NCBI GenBank assembly: GCA_030264375.1
Contig: JASCQW010000109.1
Coordinates: 21,646,421-21,710,420, forward strand
DNA: 64,000 nt
Direction of reading: 5' to 3'
Source: Carcharhinus longimanus
Taxonomy: Eukaryota
Shown: in pieces, positions 9,907-23,259 of the stretch
Position numbering within the stretch: the first letter of the stretch is position 1
Layout of the letters: each line of letters opens with the position of its first letter
Translations under genes and position numbers: made by a program
The notes under the pieces: generated by a model
Told to the model about the DNA's origin: nothing
The model's database searches: none
The model's input: the letters and a program-made list of their open reading frames with translations, nothing else

Positions 9907-12830
9907 GTGAGAACAGGTAGAATGGGTTCCCCCTTCTCCCACTCGTCATTTGATCGCAAGGTTTATAAAGGACAGGCTTGCTAATTCAGTGCGTGTTTAA
10001 CTGCAATGACTGTAAAAAGACACACACAGGGCAGGTTTTTGTGCAAGTTTTCTTATAATATTTATTGTACAGTAAAGTCTCGCCTTTTGCAACTTCCTTG
10101 TGCATGTGTTCATTTATCCACGTACTGTGTACACTACACCGCCCATCGTGTGAGCAATGTCCATTCTCCACATTTTCTCTTTCCTCTTTTCCCGAGGAGA
10201 TGGCAGTCGTAACAGAGCAGCGATCTCGACACGTTTTAGCAGGGACATGATGTCAAAGTCCCTGGATTCCTTCCATTAATCCTGCCCGTGAATATTTAAT
10301 TCTCTCTCTTTTTAAGCACCTTTCCGATAGGGGTGAGAAGCAGTGCGATGCAGCAGAGGTGCAGCCAGAACGCAGAGATTAACCTGGAAATGTCCGAACC
10401 TCTCGGTCCAGAGCTGCAATAACAGCTCCGTTTAATTTTGAAATTTTGCCTGCTAGTTAGAGGTGATTCACTTTTTTTCTTAAATGAGGATTCACTTTTT
10501 ATCTTAAATGAGGATTATCACGTTATAATTTTTATACATGTCTTGTATTGTTGAAAGGCGCCGCTGTCTGTCTTATACAGGGACTGCACCGAAATTTGCT
10601 GCAGAGAAACTGCACATACCAGTGCTGTCCTCGCATTGCTTGAACTCATCTAATTGACTCCCATTGAAAGACATGTTCATCATTCACGATTTTGTCATTT
10701 ATGAGGTTGTAAAACCTGGTAAGAGTAGAGACTTTCCGGTACTTAATACCCCAATCTCATCAAAAATACTAAAACCGAACCAACTCTGTCTCACACATGC
10801 AATCAAGAGTTCACATTGACACAGGTTGCAAAGTGTGAAGACAGGTTACGTAGTTCAGAAGTAAAATAAAAGTCAGTGGTATAGATCTTGTAACTTGATG
10901 ACTTGGATGGTTTCAGACTGGGCTTGATGGTCTTTCTGGATTCTGTGTTGCGAAGAATTAGAGATATTTATGGGTGATTTATGTCTTTTCGCCCAGAGAC
11001 AAGAGGATTGATTCTTTAAAAAATAATGAGAGATGGACAATGCCCAAGGCCTGAATTTGTTGCCCATGTCAAAGTGAACTGGTATTATCAATGATTGTAA
11101 AGCCTGTTTTACTTGGGCAAAAGCCACCTTTTGCATCTGTCCCCACTTCCAGCACTGATGCTTTTTTAAAAACTGGTGAAGAGAGGATAGAGTTGTTGAT
11201 ACATTGGATTGGTACCTTCCATGGTATTAACTATTCCTTGGAAAGACTTCAGTTCTGTCACATTCCTAGATGTAGACACACCCTTACTAGCTTTCACCTT
11301 GCCTTTGAGGGGATGCAACCCCTTTGCATTCACTTTGAAACCGAGTTGCATTTTTCACGCTTTAAACATATGTCAGTTTCTTTATATCCTCTTTAGTACC
11401 TTCTCCAGATTTGCACCATGTTCTTGGGAGATGCACCTGTAACGAAGACATCGTTCGAGTGTATCACCACTTTGGAGATTCCCTGTTACAGGCTGTGTGT
11501 AGTGTGCTGAAAAATGGCACAGGCTGACGAAACCCAAATGGTAACAGCGTGTACTGATACGACCCTTTGTGGATATTTATTATAACTAGCTTCCTTGAGT
11601 TTCTTCCAGTTCCAGCTGTTGATAAGCATGATTGAGGTCTATCCTGATATACTTGAGCCCCCCTACCCCCCTGCTAACTTAGCACTGATATCCTCTACCC
11701 TGGGAATCGAGTAACGATCCAACTCCTTGTTCACTGTCAGTTTGTAAACTCTGCAGATCTTCAGGGTGCAATCTGTCTTCAGGACAGGTACGATGGGCAC
11801 AACCCATTCTGAAAACTGCACAGGCTTAATGATGCCCAGGTCTTCCAACCTCTTCAGTCCAACCTCTACTTCCTTATGTAACGTGTACAAATGATAATCC
11901 TTGTTCCTCGTTTTCCGCAAATAACATCAAGTTCTGCTCCTTTTCGGTACTGAATAAAGGGCACTGGGCGAGCTCAGAAACACCAAGATGTAGCCTCAGG
12001 GTAAATTTTAGCTTTAACCCCTTTTATCTGACCCAGTTCTCTCTGGAATATCTTCGGATATTTACATGGAAGCACCTGGAATCCTCCATCGTGGATCTTT
12101 ACATATTTTCAGCCAGTCCAGTTTTAGTTGTTTCAACCAGCTCCATCTCATGAGACTGGGCCTCAGCCCTTCAGTCACTAATGATGGATAACTGAGCTGG
12201 CTGTACCCTATAGGATACAGGCACGAACATTGTCTCCCCTATTTTTAGTGTCTCTCCAGTGTATGTCACCAGAGTAGCCTTAGAATGTAAAGGCATAAAG
12301 GTTACAGTTCCTTCTAGAGATGTCTGTATGTGTTTTCTCCTACAGCAGTGGCTGCTGGGCCAGTGTCAACCTTCATTCTCAGGGGATGGCCATTAGCCAT
12401 TAAAGCAATCTCAGTGGGAGGTGCTTTGTGATGTTGGACATTTTGAGGTTCTTCTACCAGCTTGTTCATTGTTTTCATTTCTTTTCAGGAACATTCTGTG
12501 CAATCTGCTTCACACGACCTCAAGCTTGCAGGTGATCCCTCTTCCTGCATCTTGAAACAGCAAAAATTCTTGCACCTGCATGCTTCTTGGGAGTGGTCTC
12601 TCCCACACCAAAAACATGCTTCAGACCCTGGTGCTGAATGATTCTTCTCTTTTCTCAGATGCCGCTGCACCCTCACTTGAGCTGTTTCTAGCAGCAGCCA
12701 TTTCCTGCAATGACTAGTTCACCTCACTATGGGCTATTTGCGACTCACAAACAGCTTGCTCAGTGCATTCAGTCGCTTGGGCCATTTACATTGCTTTCTC
12801 TGGAGAAATCTTGGTTTCAGCAAGCAGTTT

Positions 12831-13093
12831 TGTGGTAGTTTGGCCCCTTTAAGAGGGCGATCCCTGAGGGCCATGTGATTGGGCTGGACCCTTGAGAGAG
12901 GGAGCATGGAAAGCCAAGCCAATCAGGTGCAAGGGCATGTGTCCTGAGTTGGGGATGAACCTCTTTTGGAGCCATGGAGGAGAAGAGAGTAAACATGTAT
13001 TGCAGTTTTGTAGACTATCACTTGTACATATAATATTTGTACTGAACCCTTCATAACTTGAAGCTACAACAAGTTGCCTTCAAAGTTATTATA
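12831..13093 (+). mobile_element. Solo LTR inserted antisense in Gypsy gag
   Basis: Starts TGTGGTAGTTTGGCCCCTTTAAGAGG, ends ...TTATTATA (decayed CA); perfect 5-bp TSD AGTTT at 12826-12830 and 13094-13098. Confidence 0.85.
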
Positions 13094-13595
13094 AGTTTCT
13101 TTGGATGTTGAGGTTGTTGATTTCACAAACCAAACGATCCTAATGAAGGCCTGAACTCAATGCTCAGCCAGCCATCAAATTCTGACCACAAAGCTGGAAA
13201 CTGTCTCTCTTGGATCCCTAACAGCAGAGCGGAATTTGTACCTCTGCATGCAAATGGAGGGTCAGGTGTTATAGTGATCCTTAACTAAACTGAGTATCTG
13301 GTCAAAGGTTTTTTTGGTCTGGAGCTTCTCATCAGGTTGTAAGTCTGTGGGCCACAGACTGTGAGCAGTATCACCTTATGCTTCACCTCAGTTATTTCAT
13401 TTGTCATGAAAAATAATGTAGTCTTTCAAAGTACTGCCCCTCAGCTCTTGATTTTAGGATTGATAGGCTTTATTTTCCTGAATAGTGGCCTCTTTAAAAT
13501 GGAGTCTGTACCTATTCTTTGAACTTCTACTTTGGGTGATCTCTCTCCTCCCCATTTAACTCTGCTCTGTGAGCTTTCAGTGACAGATCCAGTTT

Positions 13596-13608
13596 GTCCT
13601 CATCGCCA
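13596..13608 (-). promoter_or_regulatory. Primer-binding site (tRNA-Ser GCT-like) of the Gypsy element
   Basis: Minus strand TGGCGATGAGGAC, 1 nt after the LTR terminal CA; compare TGGCGACGAGGAT, the complement of the vertebrate tRNA-Ser(GCT) 3' end. Confidence 0.75.
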
Positions 13609-13609
13609 G

Positions 13610-13870
13610 TGTGAAAGCTCAAGGCAATTCAGTATGGAAAATATTTTTAAAAATTTATTTAATGAGAAGAACTATTTACAACTGAAGGATTTGCAAAACA
13701 ACACTACAAGTCTGGTCCCAACAACTTCCCAACTCCTCTGCCAACTTCCAGCCCTGAGGATGTGCAGCCTTGCCCCTGATTGGTCAAGGTTCACGTTCTT
13801 GCATTCCATTGGTTCTGGCCCAGTCACATGGTCAACAAAGGATCACCTCTGAAGGGGCCATGTTACCACA
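13610..13870 (-). mobile_element. 5' LTR of the Gypsy element
   Basis: Minus strand TGTGGTAACATGGCCCCTTC...GCTTTCACA, directly followed by the PBS; contains CCAAT motifs. Confidence 0.85.
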
Positions 13871-16800
13871 ATACGCTATGGTTTGTTTACTGCTGCACCA
13901 GAGAAGTGGCACAGGTTCTGTCTGATGAGGGGAATTTCTGCCCGGGGAGAAGACAACAGACAAGCTGGGAAAATATGCATGCGATGGTGCCAGGATAGCT
14001 GGCTTCCCCAAGGTGCAGGGTAATATCAATCTGTTACTTTGTGGACACTGCATCTNNNNNNNNNNNNNNNNNNNNNNNNNNNNNNNNNNNNNNNNNNNNN
14101 NNNNNNNNNNNNNNNNNNNNNNNNNNNNNNNNNNNNNNNNNNNNNNNNNNNNNNNACATCAATCTGTTACTTTGTGGGCACTGCATCTCAGTGCTGCGAC
14201 GTATTATAATAATAAAGTTTTCCACTCACTTAATGTGTAAGTGGTGTGTAATTATGCTCAGCATATGCTGGTGTTGTCCATTATCCTGGCACCAGCAATG
14301 ATGTTTTCATCTTTTAGCAGTCTACTGTTCCAGCTGTTAATTGTTTATTGTAAGACTTTTGGCATTAACCACAATGGCCCCCTGCTCTCGTTGCTCTTAG
14401 TTTGCGATTGGTCCGCAAGAGAAAGGAACATCTTGTCTCCTGTCGACCTCCTATATTACTGCCTCCAGCATGACATCCATGAATCCAGGGGCACTCCCTC
14501 TAGTCTGTTGCAGCACTTTTGTACTTGTTCCTCATTTTCTATTCTGTTGCCACCAGTCTCAGCATCCGTTGCAGCAAAAATACACCTTGCCTTTAAGAGG
14601 TGCTAGCCTCTCTCAGATCTGGGCTCCCTGCTGAGTGTGCAGCCACTGAAAAGTGTTCAACACTGAGTTACACCGCAATCGTTTTAATTAGCAAGCAGTA
14701 TATAGTTTGCATATTATCTGCATCACTTTGAATGGGTTAGGTTAATTGTACGTTATTCCCATGCCCGATCTTGAGCTATCCAGTTTGCCTTGTCTGTTTT
14801 CACAGCAAGACTGATTACATTATGGAGAATTAATTTCCAAATACAAGTAACTTTCCCAGAATATATAGTGTAAACCAATTTATTCCGTCCTAAACTGATT
14901 TACCCAGTCCCCATTATACATGGCCTCAAACAGTTGATATAAATGATTGGAAGGCTGTCAGAGTCCAGACACACAAGGATTGCTTTGGTTAGATCTCATT
15001 TATTGTGGGTCCAAGATTGTGCCACTGGGACAAAAATGTCAAATTTAGCTGCAAAAGAAAGAAATACAAGAGACAGACATGTGTCAGCATTTAATTGTAG
15101 CCAGTAGGGACCTAAATAAAGGTTGCAGAGATGCAAAGTGACTTCAACAGCAATTAAGTCACGTAGCACTTAAAGCCTGATAGAAACTGGCCAGAAATTT
15201 GAAAAACAAATATTCTCTAGAGGGACCATCCCAATTTATTACAACCCTTTTAAAAAGTGAAATCATTGTTTTTGACAAAATATTAGCCTGTCAGCATGTA
15301 AAACATTGAGCTATGTGGTTGTTTTTAAGTATACAAATACAATCAGCTGGGTTTTAAAATGGATAATCTCAATGCCCTCAGTTCCTGCCTCAACCGGCTA
15401 TGGTACAATATGGATGAGGACCAAATTTTCATTCATTGGTTGCAATCAATAGTGCAAATAAACTAGGCACCATTATCTCGAGGGGCTTTATACTGTGGAG
15501 CAATATTGTATCATTAAGGAAGTGCTGGCTGTTGCAATATAATGTTTGGGAGGTATCTCTCAGATATTGGGCCCCTTTGACCCAAGCTAAAGAAGTGCTA
15601 AATTCTTTTGGTTGTGCCAAAGTGAGGCAAAAGATAACAGAGATTGTAACTTTCCTGGCAGCTGGTTTTTTTTGTACCAGATGGCACGGCTCTATTATTC
15701 ACAGTGAATGAAGACGTCAGGAAAGACAGGGATCTGACAAAAGAAAACAGTTAATTCACTGAAAGCTAAATTGGCCTTTCAGATACTTGTTTATATTATT
15801 ATCTAGCGCATATAATGTAAAATGTGATCCTTTTGCATTATACTACAGTTGCACATTATTTTGCATGAAAGGTAATTGCCAATTATGCACTTGTCTCACC
15901 TGTCAGAGCTACCGGACTAATGGATATCATTTTTCCAGGATACCTTATTAAACTGTGGCTCTTTTGCCACAGCAAATGCTGCCCACACCTCTTGAGTGAA
16001 AAAAAAGAAATTCAAGCTTTTAGTTAATAGTTCAAAGAATGACATTACGAGATTTCATATTTAAGATGTTTACTGTAGCACACCGATTAAAAGCATCCCT
16101 GACTTGGCACTTCTTGTGCTTTTAACTACAGCATTGAATACCCCCTCCCTCTTTTCGCATAACTGGGGGGGAGAAAAAACACAATCAGGTATACATTATG
16201 CGCTGTTATAAGACTGTGAGACCTCGAAACAAAAGTAGATCAGTTGGCCTATCAAAGCTGCTCTGCCATTCAATGGGATCATAATTAATCTGATATCATC
16301 CTTTAAGTAGACATTCAGTTATCCCTGAATTAGTCTGAAATGATACTTGGTTCTCGAATGTTGACTTCCGTTCTTTTATTTTATCATCATGGTAATTTCT
16401 AATCCTAGATCTGTCCTTCACGACAAGAGCATTGCTGGTAATCCTCCCTTTAGCACAAACTAAGTGAATCTTCCAGCTACTCCTCAGGAATTTGGATTTT
16501 TCAACTCAAGTGCAAGTTTCCACTAGCATTTTGGCATGGTGAACCGTAGGGACTTTTGTACTCTAGCTGCTCTCTCTCCTTTCTGGAGCCTTGTAGACTT
16601 ACCTATTTGTGATATTCAGTGATATCCTAGGAAAGCCTGTAACCTGATGTCACAATGGTTTCCTTTGTACCTTTTACTATCTCGAAGACCATTACTACGG
16701 CTCTGCAAATCACATGGTCCTTTTATCCAGATAATCATGGAGGTGTTGATTATCTACCCTTGCGAACCCAGCTCTCTTTCATCTTGGAACTAAATGAGGC

Positions 16801-18479
16801 GCATAGAAAATCAATTGAAACCCGACATTCTGAGCACTTTTCTGGGACTTTGGAGACTCACTGCCTATCTGTTGTTAGCACACAGGCTGCTGCCATTGCC
16901 TACAAGCACATACACCTTGCATCTTATTCCCAGCAATGCAATCTGGGCCTCTTTAATCTTTAACAATCAAACCACCCAAGCTTGCTGTCAGGCAGACTTC
17001 AGAACAGGTTATGTGATCCTTTCCATTTTACCCTTAGCTCATGAGACAATCTAAAACTATAATAATGTTGTAAACCTCATAATTGTAACATGGGGTTGAG
17101 CGGTGGGCTTTCCAGCCGGCGGAGCGAGCTGTAGCTGTAGCTATTAAAATTCAGTTCTCTGGATGAGCACAGGATCAGATCGCAATTGAAAAGATGTGTA
17201 GGCTCACACATGATGAATGGCTGCTTATCTGAGATGTTGGGCATTGCAGCAATCCCTTTCGGCCTCACACTTTGGGATTGTGAATTCACTTGTGAAAAAT
17301 GGCAGGCAATTGTCTGAATTCTAGCATTATATAGAAGAGCAGGTTGGTGCTCCACATTGCTCACATTCTCTTCAGAGTATTTTGCAAACGTACTGTTCTA
17401 CTTTGTGGCAGAAAATGCGGGTGGTGAAGGCTGATAATCATTTCCATGTGCTATACCTCTATTTGCTGTATCCTAAACCTGTACATTCGCTATGGATACG
17501 CTGATGTAAATGGGATCAATCAGAAGAAACCGCCTACCCTTTCCCACTGAGACTTTAAAAGCATTAATCATTTCAACGGGCCTTTATTTTTGTTTGACTC
17601 TGGCTATTAACCGTGCTCATACTTGTAGCCTGCAGTCAGTTGTGAAGATTTTCCCCTCAGAATCTTTGCTGCTACCAAGTAATTTTGTTGTAACAGCCCA
17701 GAAAATGGTTCTTAGTGCCTGAGCTACCCGTAACATGTCAGCAAACAAATGATTCCTTTCTTGACACAGAACCTTTTCGAGAAGCTGACTGCCAATCAAA
17801 CTCTACTCAAGTAGCCCCTGGGTTAGCTCCTGTGCTCCATATGTGCCTCAGTTGATTTATTTCAATTCTGATTTGGGTTATGCTTTGCAAATTCTGATGC
17901 AATATTAATATTTCTGCATTCTATCTTCCTTTGACGCACAGTTACAGTACAATGCCTTCACTTAAAAAAAATCACAAAAAGAATTCTTGGTTCTTCTACT
18001 GGTTCTGTTAAGAACAAATTTAGTTTTAGATTTCTGCACTTGAGCAGAACATGAGCCCATTATGTTTATTATAATGAAAATCAATATACAAGGAAGATTT
18101 AGACTCTCAAATACCAGAAAATGATTACAAGAGCTTGCAAGAGAATATAAATAAAATTTAATCAATCCTGTTTTTTGTCAGGCCCTGTAATGTTTGATGA
18201 AACTGAAAAATACAACGAACATATGGTGTATTGTTATTATCCATAGCAAACTTCTTTCTTAATCCTCCAGTATCTCCATTTTGATTTTTCACTAAATTTC
18301 TCTCTCAGCTCCATTCCCCCCCAGTACGCCTAACATCGCTTCTCCCCCATCACATCACACATGTTACTCTATATCTCCTCCCTCTCCAAAATTACCTCTT
18401 TACACCTCCATCAGATTAAATACCTTCCTTGATTATTTGTACCTTACATTCCACCTGATCCCATAGATCCAAATCTCTG

Positions 18480-18645
18480 CTTCTGTATCTTGGCCCCTTT
18501 GATAGCCTTTGTTTCCAGTGCCTCCCAGTTTTGCTTATTACTTTTCTTTCTACCTTTACTAGCATTGTTTCTTTCCTTTCTTTGTCTCCTTTCTGGTTCC
18601 CCCATCCCCCTGCTAAGCTAGTTTGAACCCTTCCCAATAGCATAA
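18480..18645 (-). mobile_element. CR1 ORF1 end/inter-ORF fragment
   Basis: Minus strand TGCTATTGGGAAGGGTTCAAACTAGCTTAGCAGGGGGATGGGGGAACC resembles the end of CR1 ORF1. Confidence 0.5.
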
Positions 18646-19061
18646 AAGATGTGCATTTTTCAAACTGCTTTATGAAAACTTCTAAATAAGTGGTTGATGG
18701 GGGAAACAGAGAATGACAAAGGAGATGTGTGTCCCTTTAATTTCAGAGAAAAGCCAAATATTGATGTGCTGGAGTCTAATTTATGTAATAGGATTTTGTG
18801 TATTTGTGTGTTTGTACATGTGTGCCTTTGCGTATGTATAAATGGAAAGATTTGGTCAGCATGGCATGATGAAGACAGTGCCTCTTGTAATGGATTTCAT
18901 AATTTTCATCATATGTATCTGAAAATAGCCACAAGGTTGGAGCTTTTACATTCAGAGAGTACCTGCAATATCTGGTACAAATACATTGTCATTCATTTTA
19001 TTTATTCAGGAAGATAGGATTCCAAATGAGTGTGCTGCTGTATGAATCATTGACTTTAAGG

Positions 19062-19432
19062 GGAGACGGTGGCCTAATGGTAATGTCACTGAACTAAGTA
19101 AGCCAGAGATCCATGCTAATGTTCTAGGGGAATTAGTTCAAATTCCAATGTGACATCTGATGGAATTTAAAATCAGTTAATAAATCTGGAATTTAAAGCC
19201 AGCCTCAGTAACGGTGACCATGACAATAATCGTCAATTGTTGTAAAGAGCCATCTGGCTCAATAACACCCTTAAAGAAAGGAAATCTGCCATCCTTACAT
19301 GGTCTGGCTGACAGGTAATATGGTTGATTTTTAGCTGCCCTGGCTTAACAAGCTACTCTGTTCAAGGGCAATTAGTGATGGGTAACAAATGCTGCCCTTG
19401 TCAATGATGCCCACACCCCATGAAAAAATTTA
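19062..19432 (+). mobile_element. tRNA-derived SINE with CR1-like LINE tail
   Basis: A box GGTGGCCTAATGGTAA, B-box-like GTTCAAATTCC, body AAGGAAATCTGCCATCCTTAC, tail GGGCAATTAG..AAATGCTG..GATGCCCACACCCCATGAAAAAA. Confidence 0.8.
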
Positions 19433-20351
19433 AAAATGCACAGCAGGTCCATCAGCTTGGAAAGAGAAAAAATAGATTAATATCTTTTGAGGTTCCTTTA
19501 ATCTCTTTCAATTGGCTTTGCAGTTTCACAATCGCATCTGTTCCGATAAATTACCATGCAAGATGTGCTGGGACTGTTGAATCCTCTTGCAGGAGATTTT
19601 AGTGTAATTGAGTTAAATTAGCTTTCAAATCTTGTCAATCAATCCAAGTTTTTGGCATGTTCTCAAAACCTTCGTTCTTTTACAGTGATTCTTTACCCAG
19701 TTGCTTAGCAGAATATCATTGTCAGTTTTATATCGAGCCCCATGCTGAGCTGGCATGATTTTGTCATGATAGCCGGATAGGGAAGGGGTGACATTTATTG
19801 CAGGAATAAGATTAATTCATTGTTCTGCTTTGCATATCTAACCAACAATGACATGGGTGTGAATGGTCCTGAAAGCTTTTTCTAGTATGGATCCATTAAA
19901 TGATCTATTACAAAGGTCAGGAACTTGCACATTAATATTGCAACCAGCTGGAATTATCTTATGGTAGAATGCTTCTGCTCAGACACTAATTTCAACACTG
20001 ATGTACTTTGTTCTGCAGCCCTATTCCATTATGCATGACATACTTCTGCTTTCTTTTCATTTTCAATGGGTTTTTGTTCAGAGAGAGGATCTGTACATTA
20101 TCCTTTAACAATGCAACAGTTTTATTTTTGCTTTTTTGAAATCTGTAGTCATCTATTCTGTGCTTTAAGTACACTTTATTTGTCCCATGGGTGGGTACTT
20201 TTTGCACAAATGCACACTCATGAATAATAACGTACAGGTTTATCTGTACAGGTGGGATTTTCTGGTCCCGCCCAATCAGAGATTGTCATGAGTGGGAAGG
20301 AAAATTTGATGGAGCAGCAAAATGTCCGTTGATTTCAGGACTAGATTATGA

Positions 20352-20735
20352 CTTTTTTTTATTCATTCATGGAACGTGAGTGTTGCTGGCTGAGCCAGCA
20401 TTTATTGCCCATTCCTAATTGCCCATGAATTGAGTGTCTCACTCGGCCATTTCAGAGGGCAGTCAACTACATCACTGTGGGTCTGGAATCACATGCAGGC
20501 AAGACCGGGTGAAGATGGTGGATTTCCTTCCCTAAAGGACATTAGTGAGCCAGATGGGGTTGTGCAACAATTGACAATGTTTTCATGGCCATCATCAGAC
20601 TTCTTAATTCCAGATTTTTATTGCATTCAAATTCCACCATCTGTTGTGGTGGGATTCGAACCTGGATCCCTGGAGCATTACCCTGAGTTTCTGGATTACT
20701 GGTCTAGTGATAGTACCACTACGCCACTGTCCCCT
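20352..20735 (-). mobile_element. Second copy of the same SINE family, inserted in a Harbinger-type MITE starting at ~20251
   Basis: Reverse-complement similarity to 19062-19432; B box GGTTCGAATCCC on the minus strand (~20650-20662). Confidence 0.8.
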
Positions 20736-21359
20736 TTCTAACTAGCAAACTCGGATGGGAGTCATAGTAAGATGAGACACTTTTCCTACAGTAGGATCAA
20801 ATGAACACAAGAGAATTAGAAATCCCTAATTACAATATAGATATTACTGCCACTTGGAGTGGCTGAGGCAAATTGAATCACTGCCTTTATGGGGAAAGCT
20901 CCAAGTACACAATAAAAAAAGTAATAAAAGATGTGCAGACGGAATTATGTCCTATTTTTATCTAACTCTATGATAAATTCCATAATTCTTTTGCAACTTC
21001 AAACTGCTGTTTGCATCACCTGCCTTTGGCAGAGGCTTATTTTAATTATTACAATGTTTTGTTTCATAATGCTCTTCGTGATGTTTTATAACATCAAAGA
21101 CTATTATAAATACTAGTTGTTCCAGTTGTTGTTTAGGAGGAGATCATTTATCTTGCCCTGTTTTTAAAGAAGTTAATTGGAAAAACAGAGTTGTAGATTG
21201 AATGTGGGAGTATGGAAAAAAAAATTCAAAATGAAGATTTTAGTAAACAATCTCTTAGCATTGTTCTCAAGGGAATGGGAATCTACTAAATAATAAAGAA
21301 AAAAATCTACTTTTATAGCCAATGCCTTACATCAGAATGCCCCCCAAATTCATTTTTAA

Positions 21360-21600
21360 AATTAATTTGCGGTATGTAGGATCACTAGTAAGGCCAACAT
21401 TTATTGGCCTCGTGAAGGTGGAGGTGAATCCTTGCAATTAATTTGGTGAAGGTGCTGCCTTAGGCAGGGGGTTGCAGAATTTAGTGATGTTGAAGCAATG
21501 GCAATATATACCCACGTCAGGGTGGTGTGCAGCTTGGAGGAGTTTTAAAGTGATGAGGTTCCAAGGCACTTCACCCATTCTATTTCTGGTTGCTTTCTAA
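21360..21600 (-). mobile_element. CR1-like LINE 3' UTR fragment
   Basis: AAGGCCAACATTTATTG...GAAGGTGGAGGTGA, same tail as 34915-35075 and the SINEs at 19062 and 20352. Confidence 0.55.
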
Positions 21601-22764
21601 ACCTTGCTAGTGGTTTCACCAGTCTTCCTGAATAGCTGTGGAGCTTCTTCTGAGGTAGATGGGAATCCGTCGCTCTGAGGTCAGTTCTCGAGGGTTACTT
21701 CAGCTGTTACTGAGTTGGTCAGTAGCCAGATTATTTTTTTATATATATATCTCCATCCAGAAACTCTTCCCACCGTGCCACCCTTCAGATTGAATGATAA
21801 TCTCTGGTGATATTGAAATACTGACTGTTTTCGTTCTGTAGACTGCAATTGTGAAAAAGTAATAACTAAAAACCTAACAGTGGAAAGTGGCCATGGTTTA
21901 AAAGCTTGTGAATAATAGTAAAAATATGAGCAACAGTACTGTATAAGATGGATTGGGAAGTTGAAATGAAATTGGGAGAGCAGGCAAACACTACAATCAG
22001 TAGAAGATATTCTTTGGCAAAAAAAAAGCTGTCATAGAAGTTGGATCAGCCTTGAACAAAGATTCTGAAAGTCTCAATAAATAATATGATAATTATTAAT
22101 GTATAAATGCTCCTGTGGGAAGAATTGAGAAGCAAGGAAAAATTCAGACAGCAGGAGGAAGCCAGAAGGAAGAATACAAATGGCAAGAGCAAAAAGAAAC
22201 ACAAATATCTTCGAACTTAGGAGCCCTGGGAAAAGTCGAACATATGAAAGAATGTTAGATGGGCTAAGTTAATTTTTAATGAGAAAGCATTTCACAAAGG
22301 CTACCTGAGGTAGCTGAGATTACTCAGGCAGGGTATATTAGAACATTAGATTTTAACAGCTTTAATAAACACAAACCAGAATAAATTTTGGTGGCTAAGT
22401 CATTAAAAAAAATATAATTTTAATGCTGAAAATTTAAAATTGTTTGAATTATGCTTTTAAAAATGTGCAATATTCTTTGTTTAGGTTTTCACTTCAAGAT
22501 TTTAACACATTTTCAAGTGGTGCTTTTACTCATCAAATTTTTGTGTGCTTAAATCAAAGAGTTTTGGGAGAAAAGCTTTTTTTATTCTCCGCCTCTGAGC
22601 TTTTGCTGAAACACTCATTGTTATTATAGATGTATTTCTCTTGCCATGTATGTAATGAAAACTTCTTAAAATGTGCCTGCGTTGGATGTATCATTTAGCC
22701 CACTCTAGTTCTCAGTTCGCTGCTCTACTATCCTATGTAGATGCTTGCTTAATAAAGCTTTGTA

Positions 22765-23255
22765 TTACATGAGAAATAGGAGTAGGACTCAGAGTCAGCC
22801 ACATGGCTGCTTGATCCTTCTCCACTATTCAGTAAGATCATGATTGATCTGATCTGGCCTCAACTCTACTTTCTTGTCTATTTCCTATAGTGTATGATTC
22901 TCCTATTGTTCATGAAACTTGTCAGTTTCAGCCTTGAATCTATTCAAGTACCCAGCCTCCACAGATCTTTGGGCTGAGAATTCATGACCTACTCAGAAGA
23001 ACCTCTATCCTAGTTGGTTGATGCCCTTGTTTTGAACCTGTAACCCCCAGTTCTATCTTTCCATATGAGGGGAAACGTCCTCTCAGCATCTACTCTGTCA
23101 AGCCCCCTCAGAATTTTATATATTTTAATAAAATCACCGTTCTTCTCAAGTCCAATGATTATAGGCCAATGTACTCAATCTTTCCTCATAAGACAAACCT
23201 CTTCACCCTTGGAAATAACTCAGTGAATGTTCTCCTAACTACCTCCAGTACAAGA
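22765..23255 (-). mobile_element. CR1 LINE 3' end
   Basis: CATGAGAAATAGGAGTAGGA tail; minus strand SYEERLSTLAY..LEKN, TGGYRFKTR. Confidence 0.8.
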
Positions 23256-23259
23256 ATAC

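Larger units (their letters stand above)
10870..13870 (-). mobile_element. Decayed, internally deleted Ty3/Gypsy LTR retrotransposon (Mag-like)
   Basis: gag RLHYFFMTNEI and tandem zinc knuckles CFWCGRDH..C..C (12485-12676); protease MKVDTG (~12365); RT LKRLEDLGIIKPVQFSEWVVPIVPVLK...YKLTVN...YSIPRVEDI (11663-11920); YLDD decayed to HSND (~11455); most RNaseH/integrase missing; many stops and frameshifts. Confidence 0.92.

Noticed and set aside
14025-14190. ~31-bp sequence repeated on both sides of the 100-N gap
   Set aside because: Most simply an unmerged contig overlap or allelic ends (one mismatch); a real tandem array cannot be shown.
22300-22332. TGAGGTAG (let-7 5' end) within a small inverted repeat; also at 21651
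   Set aside because: Match stops after 8 nt and the stem is far too short for a pre-miRNA.
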